Notes: a model not told the origin generated them from the sequence alone. Counted from the whole stretch's first letter, positions 1-13,127 are shown. The stretch: 63,932 nucleotides of DNA, filler included, from Octopus bimaculoides (GCF_001194135.2; 6 parts of 6 records of this genome joined end to end with filler, not necessarily neighbours in it), one strand, 5' to 3'. Numbers and translations: made by a program.

Positions 1-115
1 AATTCACGGCAGCTTTCGTCCTAATTTTGGGACTGCCATGTTGGCTTGGCGATAACTATTAATTTCCAGTACCGCTGCCGTAGTCTCCTTTAGAGAGACT
101 TAGAAATATTAATAA

Positions 116-159
<44 letters not shown>

Positions 160-599
160 TGTTATAGAACATTAAATAGATGAAAATACATTTTGCTATG
201 CTTTTCATATACAGAAAAATGCAGGCCATTGCCCTGACATGGTTCACACTTCATTAACCGTTCATCAGAGGAGAAATACGGCCTCGCTTCTCTGCGCAGA
301 TACCTATTTCAATCAGGCTTATCTGTAGAGGCTAATTTGCATGGCGAGCATTTGTCGGCGCGTTTGTGTGCATGTATGTAGACGTATGCATGCATACATA
401 CCAAAATGCACACAAGTAAAATACACACAAGTAATTCGATACTTCTTGAAGCACAACTTCTCTTTATTTTAGCTCCTTCGTGCTTGTAAAACCGTATTTA
501 TAACGCTAAATTTCTTTTTTGATTAAAATTTGTTTGAAACATAATTAATGGAAAGAAAAGAAATGAGAAGATTAAAATACAATTATTAGATGACAATGA

Positions 600-640
600 A
601 GGAGAAAATAGCACTACTACAACGGCTACTACTACTGTAA

Positions 641-703
<63 letters not shown>

Positions 704-709
704 ATAATA

Positions 710-759
<50 letters not shown>

Positions 760-775
760 CATTTCATTTATTAGC
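600..775. repeat. Compound trinucleotide microsatellite (ACT)n-(AAT)n-(ATT)n; includes the 3' tail of the adjacent LINE
   Basis: Directly visible repeats abutting the LINE 3' end. Confidence 0.9.
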
Positions 776-2790
776 CACTAGGGCCGACTTATAGGGGCCG
801 ATACAGTAGACATGGACAGTGAGGATTTTACACAGAAACAACGAGTACACAATTAAAACAATAACAATGACATCCAACAAAAGACTATAACAACGAAAGT
901 TCCCTAATAGGGAGGCGGGGGGCAACCACCTGGAGTTGGCTCAGTTACCCCACCAATCCTGAACCACACGACGCTTCGAAAGCATCTGGTAAGAGCATCC
1001 TTCTCCCTCTCAAATTCACTAACCTACAGGTGAATTCGTTACATTCGCTACATTCACCCTCCTTTTAGCAAATGCACTGGGAGGCAGCACTTCTCTCTCC
1101 ACCCTCATCTTCCTTTACAAGTGAAATCTGAAAAAATTGATGAGTGATTGGCCGAAGATAAAAGTGTCTGTCTTCAGTCCTTTCAACCTGGTCCACATAC
1201 ATCCTCTTTCGCGACTGCTATCAAACAGAGGGAAATTGCCTGCCCTTCCAGACCGATGGAATGTGGCGGATCGATCATCCTTATGGACTTGGCCGATAAC
1301 CGGATCCGGCCTACACGTGATAACAGCTTTTCAACATAACTCCACAAGTCAATAATGCAAGGACTCTGGACGAGTCCGTGCAGAACGGTTTCGTCGCTCT
1401 GCGCGCATCTCGAGCAGGTCCGTCTGACAGCACTTTTGTGCGTGTAGAGTTTATCTCGAACCGGCAGTGTCCCCCGGTAGCACTGCCAAGCTAGGGATTT
1501 CTGGATGTCATCTGTCGTCCCCGGCTCAAAAGTCCTCCTGAATAGACTGGTTAGTTCGACTTTGTCAACGTCTAGCGTCTCTCCAACTGCGTCATCGCTC
1601 TTTCCCGCCAATAACCCTCTATAGAACTCAAGAGTTGATGTTCCACTGATCGCATTGCTCACCTGGTAGAGGGCAGTGAGTACCTGGCCACATTCCAGAC
1701 GCCAGTCACCCTGTCTAGGTCTCTTATTGACCCAGGACTGCAGTTCAGTCAAGGAGACGAGCTGGGGAAAAGCATATTTGACAAATGGCGATCACGCCTG
1801 TTCACATTTTAGGTAGAATATCTAGAGATGACGCAGGCTCGGCCCATGTCTATGCATCATTAGTCACGGCATACCCAGCCCTCCGCGTAGAGGGTGCTGA
1901 CAGCAGATCGACCGCCTCACCAATTGAACCTGTCTGCTCTGCAGGAATTTGAAGAGGAGGCGTTATAACTTGGCGAAGCGCGATTAGGGGCAAGGCGCCA
2001 CGGTCAAGCAGTAGTAGATGACAGACGCAATGTACGCATTCGCCACCTCCGCTCGACCTTTCAGTGATAGCTTCCTCCTAGCCCATTTCTGGGTGAGACT
2101 GGCTACCATGCTCGTCACTTCGTCCTAATTCTTATCCACCTGGAGGTCTGGTCCGAACTAAACCCTAAGAAACTTTATTGGTCCGTCCGTCCAGCGCCCA
2201 CCGACGCTGTTGGACGGCATGAACTTGCCTCTCCAGGTACCGAGTTGCAAGCCCACCAACTTTTCCGGGTTAAATTTTGTTCCCGTCAACTTTTCATATT
2301 CTTCCAATGATGTACCGACCAACTCGATTTCTGAGGTGTCCGACACCATAACGGTGATGTCGTCCGCATACGCCAACACAGCGTTCCTGCGTCCCGGTTC
2401 GAGCGGGATGCCCTGCAGCAGCTCCAGCTTTCGCAGGAAAGGTCCAAGAATCAATACTTACAGAAGGGAGGAGGAGGGCACACTTGACGGACCGATTGGG
2501 AGATCTGAAACGGTTCCGAGAGGTTGCCACTGTGCATTGCAGCGATCCAATCTCTGAAGACGGGGCCAAAGCCAGCCGCTTTGAGGACAGCCTCTAGATA
2601 TCGATGGTCGACCCTATCGAATGCTTTCGATTGATCACAATTGATCAGTGCCCCACCGAAGCCAGGTTTACACCCTGCCTTTTCTATGATGTATTGCACG
2701 AGGTGGAGGTTGTCGTGTATGGACCAAGTCGGGATTGTGCAGTTTTGCGCCTCTCCAACCAATATTTTTTCCATATTAACTTCAAGGGCC
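760..2790 (-). mobile_element. 5'-truncated, frameshifted Tx1/L1-clade non-LTR retrotransposon (ORF2 RT, C-terminal zinc motif, 3' UTR)
   Basis: Minus-strand ORFs give DQSKAFDRVDH, LAYADDITV (YADD at ~2359-2370), LSLKGRAEVANAY and C-terminal CSRCAQSDETVLHGLVQSPC; several stops and frameshifts; ends in an (AAT)n tail. Confidence 0.9.
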
Positions 2791-3059
2791 GAAATGTTTC
2801 AGAGGAAATCCTATCTTAGAAAATGTAACGGAAAGTGTATATGTAATACACAGGTTTAGGAGTAAAACATAAATACAATATACGATAAAACAATATGGCA
2901 CCTACCGAAACAAGACTGGGACCCCACCGCTTAGGCGGGACCAGCGCAATTTGATTTTCATAAATAGCCAGTTATTTTATATACTGTCACATTGATTCTG
3001 CATTAGGATTGAGTTCAGGGTTCTAGTTATTTTCTTGATGGGAGGACAACACTCAACAT

Positions 3060-3349
3060 TTTATATTCGGTAAGTATATAATTGTATTGATCGACGCGAA
3101 GATTTAACACAGTTATGATTGTGATGATCATTATTGTTACCAATTAGCATCATCGTCGTCGCCATCATCGTCTTCACCACCACCACCACCACCATTAATA
3201 CCACTATCATCCTCATCATCCTCATCATCACCAACACCACCACTACCACCACCACTACCACCACCACCTCGATCACCACCCTCTACCAACATCATCATCA
3301 TCATCGTCATCTTCATCCTTGGCATCGCCGCCCTCCTCCTCCTCCTCAT

Positions 3350-3384
<35 letters not shown>

Positions 3385-4457
3385 ATGTATGAAAATGACA
3401 TTTTTCTCACTAATTTAGCTACAGTCCTCGTCCCGGAGATTTAGATATTAATTTATCCTCGACATAAAAGCAACAACAATGACAGCATAATAATAATAAC
3501 CAATACAATAACGACAGATGACAATGATGCGAAACGTAGCCACATTAGCAACAATATCAACAACAGTAATGATGGTGGTAGCAAGCGCCACCAGACGAAC
3601 GGCAAACACCGAACAAGCATTTCTATGAAGTATAATATTCAGTAGCAACAACAACAACAACAACAACAGCATTAACTGTCTTTACAAAAGTAACAATTCA
3701 ATTAAACATACTACCAATAACAACAACAATAAGAATAACAGGAACAGCAATAACAGAAACATTGCCAGAAACTACAAACATAATATTACCTAAAATAACA
3801 TACACACACAGACACACACACACATCCCCAAAACACATACGTACACACTGCGAATATGCACACACTTACATAAACAAGCAAACACCCAAACGCGTAGAAA
3901 ATACAAAATATAACGTTGAAGAGACATAAGAAAAGCAGAAAATAAACAGCGATGCAACAACAGCAACTATGGCAGCAAAATATAACTAAAGAACACCAAT
4001 GAGAACAAAAGCACGGCAAACTATGGCCGGAACGACAACAACAATAATGATGATGGTGGTGATGGTGATGATGATGATGATGATGATAACTAAATAACAT
4101 AAACGAAATGTATATATAAAGATGTCTGTGTGAATAACTAGAACTAAATAAACAAAGATGGCTGTATAAAGGCTTAAATAAATTTTTCTAGACGAAAGGT
4201 ATGGCGGTCTCTTATAGTTTCTTTTGAAGCCCGAAAGAAAAGCAGGATCGGCTGATGAGAATAAGAGGTTGCAATGAAGTAAATCACAGAAATAGAAGCA
4301 AGTTCAAATAGAACAATGGGGGAAGAGAAGCCACAGCAGTGTTGTTTTCATGGTAACTGTTTTTAATTGCCGCAATTTCTTTTTAAAAGAAGAACTGCCA
4401 TTATGAATAGTGAAAGAAAGAAAGAAAGAAACAAACAAACAAACAATAAATAATAAT

Positions 4458-4495
<38 letters not shown>

Positions 4496-4966
4496 NNNNN
4501 NNNNNCTATACATGCGCAGATAAGGTAATGTATATATATACATACATATATAGAAGCAAGTTATACGCATACATGCTCACACACATACACGTATACAAAC
4601 ACTGTGTGTATGTGTTAATGCGTACAGTGTACCTGTACTTATTTATCTATATTTCTTTCTCTCTCACACACTTCNNNNNNNNNNGAGTGGAAGGAAGTTC
4701 TATTCAGTTATATTTTTATTTTATTCTGTTAATTTACTCACGTATTCATTACGAAGTTTTTCTTTATGCCTTCCATATTTTTTTTCTCCGCTATACATGC
4801 GCAGATAAGGTAATGTATATATATACATACATATATAGAAGCAAGTTATACGCATACATGCTCACACACATACACGTATACAAACACTGTGTGTATGTGT
4901 TAATGCGTACAGTGTACCTGTACTTATTTATCTATATTTCTTTCTCTCTCACACACTTCATGTACT

Positions 4967-5014
<48 letters not shown>

Positions 5015-5386
5015 TACACACATGTATATATATACAATTGAAAATGCCTCCGTTGCTGTAAATAATGTAGTTGTTATTTTCTTCTTTTTCTGCTTAATAT
5101 CATCAACGCATTTCCCTTAATTCATTGTGTTTTCTTAATTTCTGTCTTCTTGCTTAAGAAATCGCTTTCCTCCTCCTGTTCCTCCTGCACCTCCTCATTC
5201 CTCCTCGTCATCAACATCCCGCAGATGATCATGTTCACGATCGGCATGCTCCTCCTCCTTCTCCTTGTCTCCCCTCCTCCCTCACCTCGTCGTCGTCACC
5301 ATCATAACTGGTTATTTGTTGTTACTGTTGTTGTTCTTGTATTGTTGTCGAACGCGTGTGTATAAACGGTTATATTTTCATTGTTG

Positions 5387-5426
<40 letters not shown>

Positions 5427-5455
5427 CATTATTATTATCATTATTATTATTATTA

Positions 5456-5486
<31 letters not shown>

Positions 5487-5527
5487 CATTATTATTATTA
5501 TTATTATTATTTATTCATTTATTTATT

Positions 5528-5598
<71 letters not shown>

Positions 5599-6500
5599 CA
5601 TTAACATCATGCTCGTTGTTTATATTCATAGGTTTTGTTTTACTGTTGCTGCCGTTGTTTACGTTTTTTTTCTTCTTTATGATGCATTTTATATTTTTTT
5701 TTCTTTTGTTATTGTTATTGTTGTTGTTGTTGTTGACAGCATTTCATTCTATTGCACAGTCGCGTCCTATTCTTGTTAATCTGCTAATTGCTAATTCATT
5801 TATTTATAGCTGTTATTCATCACAGTTTCTCGAGCTGTTGTTGTTGTTGTTGTTGTTGTTGTTGATGATGATGATGATGTTACCATCATCGTCGAAGCAC
5901 TTCTGTTGGTGTTGTTGGCGGTGTTATAGGTGGTAGTGGTGGTGGTGGTGGTGGTGTGGACGGTGTTATTACCAGTCGTTTGCTACACTTCATAATTTTT
6001 GTATCGCCTTTGTCTCCAACCACACCGGCCGGCACCACCACCACCACCACCACCACCACCACTACCATGAGCAGCAGCACTTGCAGTAGCCCCAGCAGCA
6101 ACATCAGCATCGCCACCACCATCACCATCACTACTACCACCACTATCCCCCAACATTACCACCATCAACATCAGTAGCAGTAGCAGCAGCACCAACACCA
6201 CCGCCACCACTACGGCCACCACGAGCACCAGCACCACCAGCACCAGCAACACTAGCACCACCAGTAGCAGCAGCAGCACCACCACCATCAACACCGGCAC
6301 TAGCCCTGCGCCACCACCAGCACAACTATAACCACTACAGCCTGTACATTTATCACTACTGATACCACCATCCGCATCACCAAAGAGCGCTGTCTACACA
6401 AGCACAACTACCACCAAACCGAAAGCCAAAACCACGACGACCACCACCACCACTACAATCAACACTGCAACCTCCACCATTAACACCATCACTAATACCT
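3060..6500. repeat. Mosaic low-complexity region of trinucleotide microsatellites (CAT/CAC/AAC/ATT/GTT/CAG)
   Basis: Runs of interconverting triplets; all ORFs here are homopolymeric amino-acid strings. Confidence 0.9.
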
Positions 6501-6799
6501 CTAGAATGCAAACACAAACAGACAAACACATACACACACACACAAACACATGTGTACATACATGCTTATATATTTGCATTTATTAGAACATCCTTGATCT
6601 ATTATATATATATAATACGTATATATATATAATACATATATATATATATATAATACATATATATATATAATACATATATATATATATATAATACATATAA
6701 TACATATATATATATAATAAATGTGTGTGTGTGCGCGCACACACATATACACGCACCCACACACACACACACACGCATACCTCTTCAAGGTGGACGCAG

Positions 6800-6990
6800 T
6801 CAAGTGAATGAAACTGCGGCTAGGTAGGGGCACCACCTTCAAGAATTTTAGTCGAATGAATCGACCCCGGTACTCTCTTATTATTTTAAGCCTGATACTT
6901 ATTCTATCGGTCTTTTTGTCGAACCGCTAGTTTAGAGGAATACAAACACAAATACCGGGGTGCAAACACAGACATAGACACACGCACGCG

Positions 6991-7038
<48 letters not shown>

Positions 7039-7193
7039 AAGGGCTTATTTCAGTTTCCGTCTAACAAATCTACTCACAAGACTTTGGTTGGCTTGAGCCT
7101 ATAGAAGAAGATACTCACCCAAGTTGACATGCAGTGGGACTGAACCCAGAACCATATGGTTGGGAAGCAAGCTTCTTACCACACAGCCACGCC
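6800..7193 (-). mobile_element. tRNA-derived SINE, family A (head GGAGTGGCTGTGTGGTAAG...GGTTCAGTCCC, internal (TG)n)
   Basis: A-box/B-box-like head; aligns with at least 9 other copies in the window. Confidence 0.85.
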
Positions 7194-7208
7194 GGCGCCT
7201 ATATATAG

Positions 7209-7242
<34 letters not shown>

Positions 7243-7659
7243 NNNNNNNNNNNNNNNNNNNNNNNNNNNNNNNNNNNNNNNNNNNNTGTGTGTGTGTGTG
7301 TGTGTGTGTGCGTATGTATACATGTATGCATGATGTCTGTGCGTGCGAATGTGTGTGTATATAATGATAACGCAACATGCAACGATTTCATTAGCACTTA
7401 TGATGATGTTATTACAACTTAGCAAAGGTAGCTGGGAAGTCCCTTCCATGCTACATACATGCAGCTCCAAAACTTACGTTCATTTGTTGCATCGGAGAAC
7501 ATATTTATATTCTTTCATTGGAAGAAGAAATATTTATTCAAAACGTCTCATTTTACAATTGTTTAGGTAGTAATTATACACTACTTTGCGAGAAGACAAT
7601 TTCCAATAAATAAACTGTTACATCTATACAGTTCTATATTTAAGAGATGAGGGATTATA

Positions 7660-7811
7660 TACATCATTTACATTATTTACATTCGACGGATATTTGTCCT
7701 CATCTTGTTTGTTGTTAAGAAAACGTTTCGGCTGATATACCCTCCAGCCTTCATCAGGTGTCCTGGGGAAATTTCGAACCTGGGTTCTCATTCCTTAGGT
7801 ATTTTTCGATG

Positions 7812-7847
<36 letters not shown>

Positions 7848-7914
7848 TCACTGCCTGGAATCGAACTTGGAATATGCTCACGGGCATATGGCGTAGTGGT
7901 TAAAAGCGCGGGCT
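7660..7914 (-). mobile_element. tRNA-headed short element carrying a Penelope-type hammerhead motif, copy 1 (5' part of the head inverted at 7874-7914)
   Basis: Closely similar to 50100-50352 over ~200 bp; head TGGCGTAGTGG...GTTCGATTCC, internal (AAT)n, hammerhead core. Confidence 0.75.
7717..7762 (-). ncRNA. Minimal type-I hammerhead ribozyme motif (stem I degenerate in this copy)
   Basis: Minus strand GACAC-CTGATGA-A-GGCTG(GAGGGTATAT)CAGCC-GAAA-CGT-T-TTCTT: intact core and perfect 5-bp stem II, but the stem I 3' arm is mutated. Confidence 0.55.
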
Positions 7915-8089
7915 GTGTGTGTGTGTGTGTGTGTGCGTGTATGCATGTGCGTGTGTGTGTGTGTTTGTGTGTGTATTGATAATTGTGTTTTATGTCGGGT
8001 TATATAAAAACAATTGAGCATTGAACTGAAAGATTCCACAACACTTTTTGTATTGTACATATTTATTGACTTTTATTAAGGAAAGCTTG

Positions 8090-8291
8090 ACAGTGACTTC
8101 GACAGGAAGAAAGAGTGAGAGAAAGTTGCGGTGGAAGAGTACAGCAGGATTCGCCACCACCCCCTGCCGGAGCCTCGTGGAGCTTTAGGTGTTTTCGCTC
8201 AATAAACACTCACAACGGCCGGTCTGGGAATCGAAACCGCAATCCTACGACCACGAGTTCGCTGTCTTAACCACTGGGCCATTGCGCCACC
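8090..8291 (-). mobile_element. tRNA-derived SINE, family B (5' half)
   Basis: Reverse complement of GGCGCAATGGCCCAGTGGTT...TTTCGATTCCCAGACC head; matches 42082-42469. Confidence 0.85.
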
Positions 8292-8689
8292 ACTGTGTTT
8301 GTATACAGATACACAAATACATAGACACAAAGACACTACCTTATTTAGGATGAAAGTACACCAATAGTTAGCACGCTAATTTCAATAAAACATCAACTGA
8401 ATCTTAGAGGTATCGAAACTTCCATTCTCATCTTTCCCACTTCATAAACCTTGCATGCTGGTCATGAGCAACGCCATCATCGCTTTGACACCAAGATAAA
8501 ATAAAACACAAAGAAAAAAGAAAAAAGGACTCGGTTCCAAAACACATTCACAGCATCCAAAAGCCTGTCATCTTGTTTCCTTAGGCAAAACCCCTTGTTT
8601 GGTTCATTTTTATTTTGCCTCATTTGTGCAACGACACTTCGCTAACAAATCGACGGAGTATTACTTGGGGAGTCAAATGATTACGGTGA

Positions 8690-8975
8690 GGGAGAGAGAG
8701 AGGGGAAAGATAGAGGAGAAGGGGAGAGAGGGGAGAGGGAGAGTGAGGTAGGACAGAGAGGGGATGGGAGAAAGAAGGGGAGAGGGGATAGAGACCGGGG
8801 GTGTGAGAGATGGAAAGAAAGGAGGAGAGAGTGGAAGAGAGAGACAGAAAAAGAGAAAGAGAAATGGAGATAGAAGGAGGGAGGAGCCAGAGAGAAGAGT
8901 AGAGAGGGGGAGAGACAGGGAGAGGTAAAGAGAGAGAGAGAGAAAGAGAGAGGAAGGGAGAGACAGGGAGAAGCA
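8690..8975. repeat. GA-rich polypurine tract
   Basis: Nearly pure A/G on the + strand over ~280 bp. Confidence 0.85.
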
Positions 8976-9348
8976 TTGGTCAGCTGATTAAAATGGATTT
9001 CAGACGCTAAACTTGCATCATATCTGCCTCCTCCCATTTCCACACTGACATACACCATTGACTTCCTAACGTTTTCTCTCTTCTCTCCAATCCTGTAATG
9101 AACAAGTTTCTCCAAATCGTTTAAACACTTCTCTTCATGCGTCTTACTCTTTATCTCATTCATTCTCCACTTTGCTCCTCTCTCTCTCTCTCCCCTCTTT
9201 CCCCTCTGTCTGTTTGTTACTATATCTCTCCTCCTCCTCCTCTCTCTCTCTCTCTCTTGCTCTCAACTCTTCCAATCATCAGACTTATGAATATTTTTAC
9301 TTCTGAAAATGCACGTGCATGTTTGAATGGAAACGTATATGTATATAT

Positions 9349-9448
9349 NNNNNNNNNNNNNNNNNNNNNNNNNNNNNNNNNNNNNNNNNNNNTTAATTAA
9401 TTAANNNNNNNNNNNNNNNNNNNNNNNNNNNNNNNNNNNNNNNNNNNN
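9349..9448. other. Artificial scaffold join N44-TTAATTAATTAA-N44
   Basis: Exactly 100 bp; the 12-mer has stops in all six frames; the same structure recurs five times. Confidence 0.95.
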
Positions 9449-9999
9449 ATATATATATATTTAGACATGTATGTATGTATGTATATATGTATGCATCCAT
9501 ACACACACACAAAGATATAAATACATACGTGAATGTTTTCTTGTAGTATATTGTGCACGAAGCATTGTGTGATGTATATGTATATATAAATCTTTTTTCT
9601 TATGAACCCATGCAAGTTTGAAGAAATTATACAAGTCCATGGCTTGCAATTCAGTGTTTCTGGGCTGGGTCTTATTCTCCATCAAATTTTTGGAGAGATG
9701 GCATTGTGAAATGACTTCTGTGGTGTGTAGTGTAACAGAAATCCGTTTACAATGTCATTATTTGGAAGGTTTGTTGAATGGTGAGTCCTAATGTGGAATT
9801 ATTATTGATATACTGTGTAAAATTATAAACCATCAACTTGTATTACTTTTTATACCATGCACTGTTTTGGCTTCATACACATACCCATGCATGCACATGA
9901 ACATGCATGCACATATACACATACACAGAAACACACATGCATATGCACTCACACATGCACACACACATGCACACATGCACACATACACACATACACAAG

Positions 10000-10033
<34 letters not shown>

Positions 10034-10074
10034 AATATATTTGTATCTCTATCATGGAATATATACATTGCAGT

Positions 10075-10116
<42 letters not shown>

Positions 10117-10165
10117 GTATATATATCTGTTTGTGTAGATATGTCTGTGTGTATATATGTGTGTG

Positions 10166-10215
<50 letters not shown>

Positions 10216-11083
10216 NNNNNNNNNNNNNNNNNNNNNNNNNNNNNNNNNNNNNNNNNNNNNNNNNNNNNNNNNNNNNNNNNNNNNNNNNNNNNNNNNNNNN
10301 NNNNNNNNNNNNNNNNNNNNNNNNNNNNNNNNNNNNNNNNNNNNNNNNNNNNNNNNNNNNNNNNNNNNNNNNNNNNNNNNNNNNNNNNNNNNNNNNNNNN
10401 NNNNNNNNNNNNNNNNNNNNNNNNNNNNNNNNNNNNNNNNNNNNNNNNNNNNNNNNNNNNNNNNNNNNNNNNNNNNNNNNNNNNNNNNNNNNNNNNNNNN
10501 NNNNNNNNNNNNNNNNNNNNNNNNNNNNNNNNNNNNNNNNNNNNNNNNNNNNNNNNNNNNNNNNNNNNNNNNNNNNNNNNNNNNNNNNNNNNNNNNNNNN
10601 NNNNNNNNNNNNNNNNNNNNNNNNNNNNNNNNNNNNNNNNNNNNNNNNNNNNNNNNNNNNNNNNNNNNNNNNNNNNNNNNNNNNNNNNNNNNNNNNNNNN
10701 NNNNNNNNNNNNNNNNNNNNNNNNNNNNNNNNNNNNNNNNNNNNNNNNNNNNNNNNNNNNNNNNNNNNNNNNNNNNNNNNNNNNNNNNNNNNNNNNNNNN
10801 NNNNNNNNNNNNNNNNNNNNNNNNNNNTATATATAAATATATATATACAGATGTATGTATGTGTATATATATAAATGTGTGTATGTGGGTGTATGTATAT
10901 ATACGTGTGTGTGTACATATATATATATGTATATATATGTATTCAAATGTACAGATATATGTTTAGGCATTCATACGTATTGGTATCTGTGTATTACAGT
11001 TCATATTTAAAGTGAGTTACTCTTACACACAAACACACACATTTATATATATGCCTATATTTACATGTACAGAGACATACACG

Positions 11084-11124
<41 letters not shown>

Positions 11125-12060
11125 ACACCCGTAAAAATACACGCATGCATACACACACATACTTATGCACAAACACACACACATGCACACACAGATATAT
11201 ATAGGTATATATATACATTATACAGTGTGGAAAATGTGTATATGCACATGTATGCGTATAAATATATGCATATAATTTATATATGTATAAATATATTTAT
11301 ATATATATATAAACATGTATATATATATACGTATACATATACATATATATATATATATATATANNNNNNNNNNNNNNNNNNNNNNNNNNNNNNNNNNNNN
11401 NNNNNNNNNNNNNNNNNNNNNNNNNNNNNNNNNNNNNNNNNNNNNNNNNNNNNNNNNNNNNNNNNNNNNNNNNNNNNNNNNNNNNNNNNNNNNNNNNNNN
11501 NNNNNNNNNNNNNNNNNNNNNNNNNNNNNNNNNNNNNNNNNNNNNNNNNNNNNNNNNNNNNNNNNNNNNNNNNNNNNNNNNNNNNNNNNNNNNNNNNNNN
11601 NNNNNNNNNNNNNNNNNNNNNNNNNNNNNNNNNNNNNNNNNNNNNNNNNNNNNNNNNNNNNNNNNNNNNNNNNNNNNNNNNNNNNNNNNNNNNNNNNNNN
11701 NNNNNNNNNNNNNNNNNNNNNNNNNNNNNNNNNNNNNNNNNNNNNNNNNNNNNNNNNNNNNNNNNNNNNNNNNNNNNNNNNNNNNNNNNNNNNNNNNNNN
11801 NNNNNNNNNNNNNNNNNNNNNNNNNNNNNNNNNNNNNNNNNNNNNNNNNNNNNNNNNNNNNNNNNNNNNNNNNNNNNNNNNNNNNNNNNNNNNNNNNNNN
11901 NNNNNNNNNNNNNNNNNNNNNNNNNNNNNNNNNNNNNNNNNNNNNNNNNNNNNNNNNNNNNNNNNNNNTATATATATATATATGCATATATATATATATT
12001 TATATATGTCATCATCATCATCATTGTTTAATGTCTACCTTATGTGCTGGCATGATATAA

Positions 12061-12103
<43 letters not shown>

Positions 12104-12134
12104 TGAAAGTTATCTCTCATCAAACGAGAAATGA

Positions 12135-13127
12135 ATATCATCTGATGTACACAGTGTAAAGGTAGAAGCTTTGGAGACATATGTCTAGGCAGGCTTTTAT
12201 AACATGCTTTGTGCCTACAAGGAATCTGCTGCTTCTGTCCACATGGGCTCTTCTATCTGAAAAATCAGGACATGGGTACATGAGAAATCAGAAGGAGAAA
12301 TGAGACTATATTCTGTAAAAATTTGGAAGTGTGAATAAGAATAGAAGAAGCAAAGACAAAAAAATGAAAAGAAAAAAACGAAAATAAGAGTTACATCCCC
12401 TTTGATCATAAAAACTAAAATGAAGCTAGTTGTTGTGAAATAGTTAAATGGAAAGAGGACCAAAGGTTTTTGAGTCAGCTGCTAAAATCTGGAGAGTGGA
12501 CTGCTCTCCAGTTTACCAAATGAAATTTGTCCATATGCTTGCATTTGCTGAAAATTTCAGATCTGGAATTAAATAGTGCAGTGGAATTCTTAAATCTACA
12601 AAGAATGAGTCATCTTTTAGCTATGCATAAGTTACATTTCTTAGAAAATTTACATTCTCCTCTTCATTATATGTGGTGTGCTTTTGGTCTTCAAACCCCA
12701 TATGTAGCTAGCTGACTTACTGGCTATACTTTTGCAAACAAACTATCTTCTTTCCAGCACATCAGCAAAAGTGTGGTGTACACCCTTTTCAGATTGATCA
12801 GCTATCTTGTAGACTTTGGGCCCATCTCTGTTTAATTGTTCTACAACTAGTATAATTATGGCCTATACTGTCACAGTGGAGATAAACTCTAATTTTCTGT
12901 TTTTTTTCCTTTTATTTCTGTTTTTATTCACCCTTCTCTTTCTCATTTTTTCTCATGATTTCCCATGTACCAGTGTCCTGATTTTCAAAAAGCATATAAC
13001 ATGTGTTCAGAACCCGAAAATTGCTTAGAGACACAAGACGTGTTATAAAAACCTGCTTAGACACATGTCTCCAATGCAAGAAACTATTAGTAGCATGCAT
13101 CTTTCTACTGTGTACATTGAATGATAT
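12135..13127. mobile_element. Old ~1-kb foldback element/MITE with ~370-bp degenerate terminal inverted repeats
   Basis: 12135-~12505 aligns with the reverse complement of ~12778-13127 (e.g. ATGTACACAGT, TTGGAGACAT.TGTCTA.GCAGG.TTTTATAACA, AATCAGGACA..GGTACATG.GAAATCA); TA-rich flanks. Confidence 0.75.

Noticed and set aside
4230-4270. CCCGAAAG...GGCTGATGAG as a type II/III hammerhead
   Set aside because: The required stems cannot be formed.
4506-4959. Exact 169-bp direct duplication (also 25022-25112/25432-25522 and ~26182-26245/26257-26320)
   Set aside because: Each pair straddles a small N gap, which is typical of unmerged overlapping contig ends.
3061-6842. Many long ORFs (poly-H/I/L/Y/T), also at 43278-43748, 56384-57078 and 58212-58640
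   Set aside because: Translations of trinucleotide microsatellites, open in several frames, with no splice or domain evidence.
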